From positions 1 through 64,000 of IMG/VR virus record IMGVR_UViG_3300028048_000001: DNA of 64,000 nucleotides; one strand, given 5' to 3'. The position numbers and the translations under genes were made by a program. The first letter of the stretch is position 1, and each line of letters starts with the position of its first letter. This document shows positions 19,110 to 29,229 of the stretch, piece by piece. The notes beneath the pieces are model-generated. The model saw only the letters and a list, made by a program, of their open reading frames with translations. It was not told the origin of the DNA and did no database searches. The DNA is from a virus. Its lineage: Duplodnaviria > Caudoviricetes.

Positions 19110-20057
19110 ATGAAGAAAACATTAATTACTCACAATTCCGTGTTCCATGCAGATGAGGTAATGGCGACAGCAATTCTGTCATGCCTCTACGATAGAAGTA
19201 ATGTTACAATTTTAAGAACCAATAAAGTAGATAAATATGTAAATGATGAAAACACGATTATCTATGATATTGGATTTGGAAAATACGATCATCATCAGAA
19301 AGGGGGAAACGGTGTAAGAAAAAATGGTGTTCCTTATGCTGCATGTGGCTTGATCTGGAACGATTTTGGAAAAGATCTTATTGCTAAAACGGCATCCAAT
19401 ATGGGTATCGAATTAACATATGAAGAAGTTAATAAGATCTTTGGAATTATCGATACTTTGATTATTCAGGGTATCGATGCTAATGATAATGGTTACAGGG
19501 CAAAGAATTATGTAAAGCCCGAGGTTAACCATTATAATATCAGTAACATCGTTTTTTCTCTCAACGCCATTAGTTATGACGGCGGTGTAACTTCATCACA
19601 GCAGGATTTCAATTTCATTTCTGCTGTTGATATCTGCAGTAAGATTCTGATTGCAAATATCAGAAAATATGCAGATACTGTAGCAGCAGAAAAGCATCTG
19701 CAGAAATTAATCGATTCAAGAGAGCATAAAAGAATTCTTGTATTAGACAAATATGTTCCTTGGATCAAATACGTCGTTGAAAATAATGACGATATTTGGT
19801 ATGTTGTATTCCCTTCAGCTAGAAATGCTGGAGAATATAACATGCAGACTGTTCAGATCTCTGTAGATTCTTTTGATCAGAGACATCCTGTTCCTAAAGA
19901 ATGGTGGGGTGGAAATACAGATACTCTGCCTGAAATCACTGGTGTACAGGGAGCAACATTCTGTCATCAGAGTAACGGTTTCCTCACTGCAGCACGAGGG
20001 CTAGAAGATATGATGAAGCTCGCTTCTCTTGCTGTAGAAGAAAAAGTTCATGTGTAA
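19110..20057 (+). CDS. MYG1 family (DHH-like) exonuclease
   Basis: THNSVFHADE, DIGFGKYDHHQ, GIDANDNG, ATFCH...GF motifs. Confidence 0.88.
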   Translation: MKKTLITHNSVFHADEVMATAILSCLYDRSNVTILRTNKVDKYVNDENTIIYDIGFGKYDHHQKGGNGVRKNGVPYAACGLIWNDFGKDLIAKTASNMGIELTYEEVNKIFGIIDTLIIQGIDANDNGYRAKNYVKPEVNHYNISNIVFSLNAISYDGGVTSSQQDFNFISAVDICSKILIANIRKYADTVAAEKHLQKLIDSREHKRILVLDKYVPWIKYVVENNDDIWYVVFPSARNAGEYNMQTVQISVDSFDQRHPVPKEWWGGNTDTLPEITGVQGATFCHQSNGFLTAARGLEDMMKLASLAVEEKVHV

Positions 20058-20095
20058 ATAAAAACAAAATAAAAGAGGGAACTAGATTCCCTCTT

Positions 20096-20338
20096 TTATT
20101 TTTTATAATATTTTGAAAATAATTCATTTATAATTTCGTATACATCATCTACAGCAAAAAATTCTATATCTGTTGTTTTATTATTAAATAAATTATTAAT
20201 ATCTTCTAATGTATATCTATTATATGTGTTATTTAATTTTTGTATTATTTCATTTTTAAATTTTGTTAAATTATTATTTATAAACGATTCTTTTTCAAAT
20301 TTCATTCTATAAATATCTTCATCGTTTGGAATATTCAT
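20096..20338 (-). CDS. Hypothetical protein
   Basis: Short ORF with AAGGA RBS. Confidence 0.55.
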   Translation of the reverse strand: MNIPNDEDIYRMKFEKESFINNNLTKFKNEIIQKLNNTYNRYTLEDINNLFNNKTTDIEFFAVDDVYEIINELFSKYYKK

Positions 20339-20459
20339 TAATATAAATCCTTATTATTATTATTTATTTGTTTTATTAATATTATATAATCATTATAAAA
20401 ATATTTTTATATAGCGTTATTTCAAAAACATCCCAATAATCTATTATAAGGAGTCTTTA

Positions 20460-23400
20460 ATGAAAGATATTATTTTAATAGAAGCTTCTTCTAAGAGTAC
20501 TTATCAAAGAAAATATAAATGTCCTTATTGTGAACAGAAGTTTGAGAGAACTAAACTTCATATACATATTCAAAATAAACATGAAGAATTAATTCCAGAA
20601 GGATATACAGCTCTTAGAGTTGCTTTTAATACTATAAATAATAAAACCGAAGGTCATTGTATTATGTGTGGAAAAGTCTCTGATTGGAATGAAGATAAAG
20701 GTAGATATGAGAGACTTTGTAACGATCCAAAGTGCCATGAAGCATATAAAAGAATGGCTGCAGAAAGAAATAAAAAGAAATATGGTACAGAAAGATTACA
20801 ATCTGACCCAAGATATGCTGAAGAAGTTCAAAGAAAAGCACTCCAAGGAAGAAGAATAGCAGGAAAATATAAATTTACCGATGGTGGCGAAATAGATTAT
20901 CTGGGAGCTTATGAAAGAAGATTGCTTGAATTCATGGATAAAGTAATGAAATGTAAATCCGAAGATATTGCTGCTCCTGGACCTACAATAAAGTATATGT
21001 ATCAAGATAAAGAGCATCTTTATATTTCTGATTTTTATTATATTCCATATAATTTAATTATTGAAGTTAAAGATGGAGGAGATAATCCTAATACAAATCC
21101 TGCATTGAGGGGATATAAAACAGAGAGACAAGAAGCTAAAGAAGCTGCTGTAAAAGCTACTGGAAAATATAATTATGTAAGACAGACTAATAACGATTTT
21201 AGCCAAATTATGAGTATCATGGCAGTATTAAAATATAATTTACAAAATGAATATTATGATCCTATAATGAGAATTAATGAAATGGTTTTAATTGAACAAT
21301 TAGAATCAAAATTATCTCTTAATAAATTTCTTAAAGAAAATTCAATAGATGATGCTTATGAACTTTATAGTTGGATGCATAAAAATATTAAATATAAAAG
21401 TACTGGAAGATATCAATCTCCTGAAGAAACTATAGAAAAATTATCTGGAGACTGTCATGATCAAGCTGAATTAGCTTATAGATGTTTAATGAAGCTTGGA
21501 TATCAAGTTGGAAAAGTTTTTATGGTTGAATATTATGATTATGAAAAACCAGGTGGAAGAACTCATACTTTAACATATTTCTTATCAAATAATAATTATT
21601 ATTGGTTTGAAAATGCATGGGGAAATAAAGCTGGAATTCATAAGCTTAAAGGTAAACAATTTATTGAAATACTAAAACCAGTATTTGAAGCTTGGGATTG
21701 GTCTGGAAAATGTGATAAATTATATTGGACTCCATTTAGAGCAAATCCTAAATATGGTTGTGATCTTGGAGAATATGTTGGATTATTAACTCCAGAAAAA
21801 GAACCAAAGAAAAATATTTATTATAAAGATAAATCTTTAAATGAATCTATTCTTTTTAATGAAAAAGATATTTATTATAATAAAGATAAATTTGATTCTG
21901 GAGAAATTAATCTTTGTTTTATTACTGGTCATTCTGGATCTGGTAAATCTACAATGGCTAGAGATATGCAAAAAAATAATGTTGAGCATTATGAACTTGA
22001 TGATCTTCAATGCATTAAAGATTATTTCACAATGTCTCAATTAAAAGAATATGGAGATCTTATTTATTCATATTTTAATGGTCCTGGTAAAAAGTTTTAT
22101 ATAACTTATCAAGAGTTAATGGATAATAAAATTCCAGGATCAGAATATGAAGATAAACTATTTCCAGGATTTGTCCATTATTCTATGCAATATGCTAAAT
22201 CTCATAAAGATAGGAAATATGTAATTGAAGGGGTTTGGCTATTCTGTAATGATGATAATGGATCTCCTTGGTTTAAACCAGAAGAGTTTAAAGATTATGC
22301 TTTTTATATTAAAGGAACTTCAATGATAGTTTCTAAATGGAGAGCAGCAAAAAGAGATGCAGAAAATAATGATAATTCTTTTGATAGATTAAGATATTCT
22401 TCTAAAGATTTCTTTTTTAACAATTGGAAATGGTATTTTATAGATGAAAAACAAATAAACAGATTTAGAAATTATTTTAAAAAGATATTAGTAAATGAAT
22501 CTGTATCTTTATATAATTCTGATTCGGATATTAATTATAATCAATTATCTAAATATAAGATGATAATAGTTGGAGAAATTCATAATAATCGTATGATTAA
22601 TATGTATAGAAAATTATTATCTGCTTATAAATTTGATTATTTGATTGCAGAGTTTGCTGATATAGATAGATCGTTTACAAGAGAAGAATTAAAACAAAAA
22701 ATGGATAATGCTATGAATGGATCGTATAATTATGATCCATCTAGGCCTTGTGATTATCAATATAATTATTGGATTTATAAATTGGCTTATGATTTTGATA
22801 TTCCTCTTATTGGATGTAATCCTGTAAATAAGAAATATAAAAATATGAATGATGAAGATAAAAACAGAGAAGCTTATATGCTTTCTGTAATTAAAGAATT
22901 TGAATCTAAAGGAAGATGTCTTGTTCAATTAGGAGATCATCATTTAAGAAGCATTCCTATTACAAAAGAATTTTTAGAATATTGTAATGATACTACAGAT
23001 GACAGAGGAATATATAAAAATATAGATGATTTAGTTGTAGAAAATTCAAGTCCTATTTGGGATGAATATAATAACAAACCAAATGTTTTATTATTAAGAG
23101 TAAAAAGTGAATATGATAATGAGATTAATTTTATGAAAAATATAAATGAATCATTATTATATGAATCAGATGATGCTTCTAAATTAGATAAAAATTTTAA
23201 GCATAAATCTGGTATAGAATTTGATATTGTTGATATTAGAGATAAAAAAGTAAAAGGAAATATTGATGAAATAAAAGGAAAATATAAAGATTATTTTAAA
23301 GGATTTGCTGCTTTTGAAAAAGGAACCGATAACTTTGCTGGATTTATAAGGGTTTGGCCAAATTGGGTTATGAATGAGAAATATAAAGGTAACCAAATTT

Positions 23401-24224
23401 CTCCAATCGAAGTTAAAAAGAAATATAGAGGATATGGATTAAGTAAATTATTGATTCAAAAATCTATAGAAAAATTTGATGCGAATATGCTATTTGTTGC
23501 TAAAGATAATGAAGTTGCAATAAATCTATATAAAAAGATGGGGTTCAAAATAAAAGAAGAATTTGATTGGAATAATGAGCCTCATTATATAATGACAAGA
23601 GATACAGTTATTAAATTAAGTGAGGTAACTGAAGATATGTCTGGAACTATTGGTGCAGCTCTTGCCCCTACTACTAAAGGAGCTAATATTATTAAACCTT
23701 TACCAGTTCCTACACCATATATATCTGATCCGGATCACTATTTGGTAATAAATACAAGACCTGATCAGAAACTTTCATATTCTATTACTAGAGATCCTCT
23801 TCAATATACTCTTTATTCTGTAGATCCACAAGAAAAAGGATTTTATAAAGTATTTAAATCTGATAAAGGGAAGATCTCTAAAAATTATCTTACTTTTAAA
23901 ATTAAAGATAAGAAAAAAGCTAAAGAATTATATGAAAACCTTACAGAACTTTATAAAAGAAATCTTACTTTTATGGATCATGGATTAAGTTCTGATGTTA
24001 ATGAGAATTATATTTATTCTTATTTAACTGACGGTAATAATATTATAACTCCAGATCAAATCTTATTTGATAATAGATTCGAATTAGTTAGAAGTTTTGA
24101 AGAATCTGTAAATTATGAAAGTTCTAAAATATACAACTATCTTCTTAATGGATATTCTATAGAAGATGAATTAAATATATTATCTGAACAGGTAAAGGAA
24201 TTGGAGGAAGATATTAATGAATGA
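20460..24224 (+). CDS. Multi-module protein: C2H2 Zn finger + PD-(D/E)xK nuclease-like, transglutaminase-like, P-loop kinase-like, unknown alpha/beta module, GNAT acetyltransferase
   Basis: CPYC...H...H; SDF...IIEVKDG; GDCHD...HT...ENAW; GHSGSGKST; IVGEIH...LGDHH; V...YRGYGLS...N..AINLYKKMGF. Confidence 0.8.
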   Translation: MKDIILIEASSKSTYQRKYKCPYCEQKFERTKLHIHIQNKHEELIPEGYTALRVAFNTINNKTEGHCIMCGKVSDWNEDKGRYERLCNDPKCHEAYKRMAAERNKKKYGTERLQSDPRYAEEVQRKALQGRRIAGKYKFTDGGEIDYLGAYERRLLEFMDKVMKCKSEDIAAPGPTIKYMYQDKEHLYISDFYYIPYNLIIEVKDGGDNPNTNPALRGYKTERQEAKEAAVKATGKYNYVRQTNNDFSQIMSIMAVLKYNLQNEYYDPIMRINEMVLIEQLESKLSLNKFLKENSIDDAYELYSWMHKNIKYKSTGRYQSPEETIEKLSGDCHDQAELAYRCLMKLGYQVGKVFMVEYYDYEKPGGRTHTLTYFLSNNNYYWFENAWGNKAGIHKLKGKQFIEILKPVFEAWDWSGKCDKLYWTPFRANPKYGCDLGEYVGLLTPEKEPKKNIYYKDKSLNESILFNEKDIYYNKDKFDSGEINLCFITGHSGSGKSTMARDMQKNNVEHYELDDLQCIKDYFTMSQLKEYGDLIYSYFNGPGKKFYITYQELMDNKIPGSEYEDKLFPGFVHYSMQYAKSHKDRKYVIEGVWLFCNDDNGSPWFKPEEFKDYAFYIKGTSMIVSKWRAAKRDAENNDNSFDRLRYSSKDFFFNNWKWYFIDEKQINRFRNYFKKILVNESVSLYNSDSDINYNQLSKYKMIIVGEIHNNRMINMYRKLLSAYKFDYLIAEFADIDRSFTREELKQKMDNAMNGSYNYDPSRPCDYQYNYWIYKLAYDFDIPLIGCNPVNKKYKNMNDEDKNREAYMLSVIKEFESKGRCLVQLGDHHLRSIPITKEFLEYCNDTTDDRGIYKNIDDLVVENSSPIWDEYNNKPNVLLLRVKSEYDNEINFMKNINESLLYESDDASKLDKNFKHKSGIEFDIVDIRDKKVKGNIDEIKGKYKDYFKGFAAFEKGTDNFAGFIRVWPNWVMNEKYKGNQISPIEVKKKYRGYGLSKLLIQKSIEKFDANMLFVAKDNEVAINLYKKMGFKIKEEFDWNNEPHYIMTRDTVIKLSEVTEDMSGTIGAALAPTTKGANIIKPLPVPTPYISDPDHYLVINTRPDQKLSYSITRDPLQYTLYSVDPQEKGFYKVFKSDKGKISKNYLTFKIKDKKKAKELYENLTELYKRNLTFMDHGLSSDVNENYIYSYLTDGNNIITPDQILFDNRFELVRSFEESVNYESSKIYNYLLNGYSIEDELNILSEQVKELEEDINE

Positions 24225-25836
24225 TCATATGTATATAGTATTACCTCCAGATATTGATAATTTAGAAGAATTAGAATATTGGAAATCTAAATTTGATTCT
24301 ATGACATATTATCAGAGAAAAGTATCTAATGATATTTCAATTGAGAATTTTGGATCTGATAATATTACAAGATACAACAAACTTAAATCTAAATTATTAG
24401 ATAAAATAGATCCTAATATCAATTTAGGAGAAATAAGTCCTGAAGATACTAGATTATCTTTGGAAGATATATTAAGAGATTTAAATGAATCTTCTTCTGA
24501 AACTCCTACTTTAGTGGTCAATGATATAGAGGATAAAATTATTAAAGTTAAAAAAGCAGAATCAGAAGGATTAATTATTATGATAGATCCAGATTTAGGA
24601 TTTTCTGATGATTATCCAGAAGATTCTATTGCTAAGCTTAAAGATAAATGGAACAAATTTCAAGGATTATCATATGATAAAAGACAATTATCAAATGATA
24701 CTGCTAAAGATATATTAGGATTTGATAATTATTCTCTTTATGATATTATTTTAAATAAACATATTAAGAGAATTGATATAGAAGATTCAACACCTTCTGA
24801 TGATAATCCAGAAGAAGATTTTGATATATTAGATAAAGCAAGACCATATTTTACTCCTTATGAATTAGGTTCTGATTTTAAATCAGCTGATCCAATAACA
24901 GAAGCTGGTGGACCATATAAATGGTCTAGATTATTGGAAACTCTTTATGTAGAACTTAATTCTACTTATGATAAAAATAAAATAAAATATATAAAAGAAT
25001 CTATTTATGAATTAGGATGGAATCCAGAAATTCCTTTCTCTTTAGAAACTGCATGTAAAGTTGGTATAAGACATAATAGTTATAATAATATTAGTTTTAT
25101 AGATTTAACAGAATCTGGCATACCAGCAGTAGAAGAAATTCCAAATAACGCTACATATGAGAATTTGAAAGATAAAATAGTTCCGGTATTTGTTGTATTA
25201 GTCTCTGGAAATTCTCTTGCTGGAGCTAGTATAAAATGGTTTACAGATTCTCAATGGAGTCATATATCTATGGGATTTGATTCTAAATTAAAGACTTTAT
25301 ATTCATTTAATTTTTATATAGATGAATTTAAAGTTACTAATGGATTTTCTATAGAAGGAAAAGATTTATATTTAAAGCAAAATAGAAATATGAAAATTAA
25401 AACATATTGTTTATTTGTTACACCAGAACAAAAAGAAAGTATGTTAGAAGCTATTGATTGGTATATAAAAAATAAAAATAAAACTAGATATGATTTTGGA
25501 AATATATTCAAAATTACATTAAGAAGTAATAAAGATTCAAATGATAAAGATAAAATGATATGTAGTCAATTTGTATATTCTATTTTAAAATTAGCAAATT
25601 TTAAAATGAAAATTACAAAAAATAATAGTAAAATAACCCCTTCTGATATAGATAAATTAGCAAATGATGCAAGATTTTATTGCATGTATGAAGGGAAATT
25701 ATCTGAATATAATAGTAATGCAATAGACAATATGATTAAAAAGATTATTGTTACATTACCATTAGAGCAATTTGATATAGAAGAAAATACAGAATTTAAA
25801 GATTTATATAATAAAGCTATGATGCTATTAAATTAA
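24217..25836 (+). CDS. Protein with C-terminal permuted papain-like (YaeF/YiiX) domain
   Basis: IKWFTDSQWSHIS...YDF...MICSQFV...ITPSD. Confidence 0.75.
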   Translation: MNDHMYIVLPPDIDNLEELEYWKSKFDSMTYYQRKVSNDISIENFGSDNITRYNKLKSKLLDKIDPNINLGEISPEDTRLSLEDILRDLNESSSETPTLVVNDIEDKIIKVKKAESEGLIIMIDPDLGFSDDYPEDSIAKLKDKWNKFQGLSYDKRQLSNDTAKDILGFDNYSLYDIILNKHIKRIDIEDSTPSDDNPEEDFDILDKARPYFTPYELGSDFKSADPITEAGGPYKWSRLLETLYVELNSTYDKNKIKYIKESIYELGWNPEIPFSLETACKVGIRHNSYNNISFIDLTESGIPAVEEIPNNATYENLKDKIVPVFVVLVSGNSLAGASIKWFTDSQWSHISMGFDSKLKTLYSFNFYIDEFKVTNGFSIEGKDLYLKQNRNMKIKTYCLFVTPEQKESMLEAIDWYIKNKNKTRYDFGNIFKITLRSNKDSNDKDKMICSQFVYSILKLANFKMKITKNNSKITPSDIDKLANDARFYCMYEGKLSEYNSNAIDNMIKKIIVTLPLEQFDIEENTEFKDLYNKAMMLLN

Positions 25837-25872
25837 AAATAGTGGAGCAGTTTTTACTGCTCCACTATTATA

Positions 25873-28338
25873 TTATTTCTGTTCAGTATTTTGCTGATTT
25901 TGATTAGATTGTTGCTGGTTATTTTGTTGATTATTTTGATTTTGCTGTTGATTGTTGTTTTCATCATTTTTTGGCTTTTTATATAAAGATTTATAAAGAG
26001 CCATAAATTGTCTATAAGCTGCCCAAGTAGCAGTCATTTTTGCAGATAAAGCATAAGTCATATACTTAAAATATCTAGTAATTCTAGCATTTGCTTCTCT
26101 TATTCCACTGCCACTAGTACCTTGAGATTCTTGAGCATCTGCACCAACATTAATCTGAGGAGCTTCATTAATATTAATAATTTTTTCACTAGTAACCAGT
26201 CCAAAATGCTCAGCAAGATTAAATTTAAAATCATCAAATTCAATAGCAGAATTATTCTGACTTTGCATATTATTTCCAACTTCAGAAGCTGGAGTTCCTG
26301 TAACATTATTTATTGTAGAATTTGTGGTATTATTTAATTTCTTATCATCTTCAACTTTATCAGCAGTTTTCTGTTTATTTTGTTGAGCAGACTTAAATTG
26401 CTCATTAATAAATTTTCTATCTTCTTTAATATTACCAAAAGTAGTACCATCAAATCCATTTCTTATTATCTCATCAACGAATTTAAAAGTTTGATCTTTT
26501 CTAAATCCTGCTTGATTAATAGGAATTGGTTTATCTTTTTGAATATAATTAGTATAAAACCCTTCTGATACTTTTGCACTAAAGGTTTTATTATCATCTT
26601 GTTTTGGAGTAATGTCTAATGCTTTATAGATAGCATTTTGCATATCAGCATCTGTATTCAAATATTCAGCATTATCATCATATTTAATTCCATTTAATCT
26701 TCTAGTAAATTTATCAATATCATAACATCTCCAATCAGATACTGTTGTAGATGCAAATTGAATTTCTTTAATTTTTCCTCTATTTCTGTTCCAAAAAGGT
26801 GTATCTATTCCTTTTGTAACAGTTTCAATAACTGTTTGTCTAAATTTATCAAACATTTGATTGAATCTATCAATAAATTGAGGAGCTCCAGATACTTTAC
26901 TGTCTGTATTACCTATATTGCCACTACCATTAGTGACAGTAGTTTGTACAGAATCTGCTTTAGCTTGAGCAGTATTAGCTGTTCCAGCAGTAGCTGTTGG
27001 CTGAGAAGCTCCTGTTTCATCTTCTGTTAAATATTGAATAATAGTAGAATTATATTCATTTTCTAACCAATATTCTTCTGTTATTGTAAGCATTGATTCA
27101 AATTGTTCTTCTAATATTCTAGCATAATAAACATCATCTGTAATTTCAACAGAAGATTCAGTAGTAGATTCTTCTATTCCTAATTGCCTTAAGATAAGTC
27201 TATGTGCTAATGATTTTACTCTAGCAGAATCACCAGTATTATAATCAAAAATTCTATTAATTCTTAATTCTTTAGATTTAAGAATATTTATATTAGCACT
27301 AATTACTTGCTGTACAGTATTAATAATTCTTCCTATACTAGAAACTATTCTATTAGTAATTTCTTGATTCTCTTGTGTACCAGTAGATATATTTTTACTA
27401 ATATTAGATTTAATTTGTGATTCTGCATTGTTTAAAGATTTTATTATATCATTATAATTCTTATCAATAGAATCTATATCTTTCTTAATATTATCAACGA
27501 TCTCTTTTCCTCTTGTAAGATTATCTAATGCAAGAAGATAAAGATCAACAGTAAGTCTTGTGGGTTTACTATCATTAGAGCCAAAAGCTTTCTTGGCAAC
27601 TTCGATAGAAGAATTTACAGGATTAGATACATCATATGAATATCTTCCAAACATTTTTGAAAGCATTGTTTCTTTTTCTTCTTCAAGAAAATCGGCAAGA
27701 GATTCAGAAGCTTCTAAATCTTTTCCAACAGTTTTTGGATCTAATGTACCACTTTTATTATATCCATAAATATATTTATCTTTATAAACATAAGCATCAA
27801 GAGCTTTGGTTGCCATTTTTACAAGATTAGACCCAATAACAGAAGTATCTGGAAAGTTTTTATTCATCAAATCAGCAGTAGGCTCAATATCAGAAATCGT
27901 TAAAGTAGTATCAGCTTCTGTATTATTGTAAAGAGCTTGTCTAAGAATCTTAATTCTTTCATTTTGCCTAAATTTTTGTTCTACTTTATCTTCTTTGTTT
28001 TTATTAAATGATTCATTAATTCTTTTAATTAATTCTTTAAATGCAAATACAATAATTCCACAAACTTTTTTAATAGCACCTACTACTTTTCTTACAATAT
28101 TAGAAACAGTATTTGCAATATTATTAATAAATTCTGATTCATTAACATATTCAATATTATTAAGATTATTTAACTCAATTATAGATTCTCTCATAATCTG
28201 ATTAAATTGAGTAATTTGTTGAATCATATAAGCTTCTGAATAAATAGAATAAGATAAATCATAAGATTTATATTCAGGAATCTTGAAATAAGAATTAGAA
28301 CCTTCTTTAAGAAGGGTGTAATTCAAGTTAAGTCCCAT
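25873..28338 (-). CDS. Putative virion (internal head) protein
   Basis: Helical, multiple xxES sites, Q/N-rich tail, late-type motif at 28365-28376. Confidence 0.55.
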   Translation of the reverse strand: MGLNLNYTLLKEGSNSYFKIPEYKSYDLSYSIYSEAYMIQQITQFNQIMRESIIELNNLNNIEYVNESEFINNIANTVSNIVRKVVGAIKKVCGIIVFAFKELIKRINESFNKNKEDKVEQKFRQNERIKILRQALYNNTEADTTLTISDIEPTADLMNKNFPDTSVIGSNLVKMATKALDAYVYKDKYIYGYNKSGTLDPKTVGKDLEASESLADFLEEEKETMLSKMFGRYSYDVSNPVNSSIEVAKKAFGSNDSKPTRLTVDLYLLALDNLTRGKEIVDNIKKDIDSIDKNYNDIIKSLNNAESQIKSNISKNISTGTQENQEITNRIVSSIGRIINTVQQVISANINILKSKELRINRIFDYNTGDSARVKSLAHRLILRQLGIEESTTESSVEITDDVYYARILEEQFESMLTITEEYWLENEYNSTIIQYLTEDETGASQPTATAGTANTAQAKADSVQTTVTNGSGNIGNTDSKVSGAPQFIDRFNQMFDKFRQTVIETVTKGIDTPFWNRNRGKIKEIQFASTTVSDWRCYDIDKFTRRLNGIKYDDNAEYLNTDADMQNAIYKALDITPKQDDNKTFSAKVSEGFYTNYIQKDKPIPINQAGFRKDQTFKFVDEIIRNGFDGTTFGNIKEDRKFINEQFKSAQQNKQKTADKVEDDKKLNNTTNSTINNVTGTPASEVGNNMQSQNNSAIEFDDFKFNLAEHFGLVTSEKIININEAPQINVGADAQESQGTSGSGIREANARITRYFKYMTYALSAKMTATWAAYRQFMALYKSLYKKPKNDENNNQQQNQNNQQNNQQQSNQNQQNTEQK

Positions 28339-28687
28339 AATAATACTCCTTATATTGTGATAATTATTATAAAGTTAAAAATATAAGAGAACTCAAAAGA
28401 GTTCTCTTATTATATATTTTAAAATGTTTTATTAAAATTTATTTTTTTCTTATATATTCTTAAGATATTTTATTATTATAATTATGAGAAATTAATATAT
28501 ATTTCTAGAAGAGATATATCATCTAAATCGTTTTGATTTTATTATTTATTTAATTTATTTTTAATTTTATTTTTTATATCACTATCTGGAAGAGAATCTA
28601 TATCTACAACTTTTCCTTTATCGTATAATTCTTTAACTTTAGATTTAACTACATTTTTAAATGTATTATTTAAATCTTTATTATCTA

Positions 28688-29152
28688 TTATTTTTCTATC
28701 ATTTTTTTTTCAGATTCATCAAGAACAGCAAGAATATATTCTGCTGCTTCTTTAAGTTTTTTGCTGGTTTTTTGATCAACTTGTTTATTAAGTTTTTCGC
28801 CAGTTTTTGGATCAAATCCTCTTTTTCTTAATTCTCTACCAACAGTTTGACCATACATTTTCTTTGTATCTTTGCCTGCTGACAAATAAGTCATACCATC
28901 TGTAGATTTTAGACTTTTATCGGCTCTTTCTAGTGATTGTTTTCTTGTCTGTTGTAACTCTTCATTTGAACAATTCTTTATACCATCTCTAAGTTTATTA
29001 ACTGTTTTTTTTCTTGTATTCATAACAATATCCGCTACACTTTTTGATAAGCCAGTATTTGGTGCAGATAATGTATTTCTAATTTGCCTATCACTTCTAT
29101 TTTCATTTAAGTATTCACCTAAACTACTCTCATTTACATTAAATATAGACAT
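28688..29152 (-). CDS. Putative internal head protein; may extend to 28542 via a shift at an A9 run
   Basis: MSIFNVNES N-terminus; LKEAAEYILAVLDE motif shared with 58645-59262. Confidence 0.65.
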   Translation of the reverse strand: MSIFNVNESSLGEYLNENRSDRQIRNTLSAPNTGLSKSVADIVMNTRKKTVNKLRDGIKNCSNEELQQTRKQSLERADKSLKSTDGMTYLSAGKDTKKMYGQTVGRELRKRGFDPKTGEKLNKQVDQKTSKKLKEAAEYILAVLDESEKKMIEK

Positions 29153-29229
29153 AATATATTACTCCTTTATATATAGATTATAAGAATTTTTATATTAATA
29201 ATAAGTACTTAAAAAAACGATTTTATGTT

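Noticed and set aside
25880-25965. Q/N-rich microrepeats at the end of 25873-28338 and acidic repeats in 39804-40823
   Set aside because: Ordinary low-complexity coding sequence
11299-28525. AGATATATCATCTA shared at about 11299 and 28512
   Set aside because: Short AT-rich match seen only twice; insufficient to claim an operator or origin
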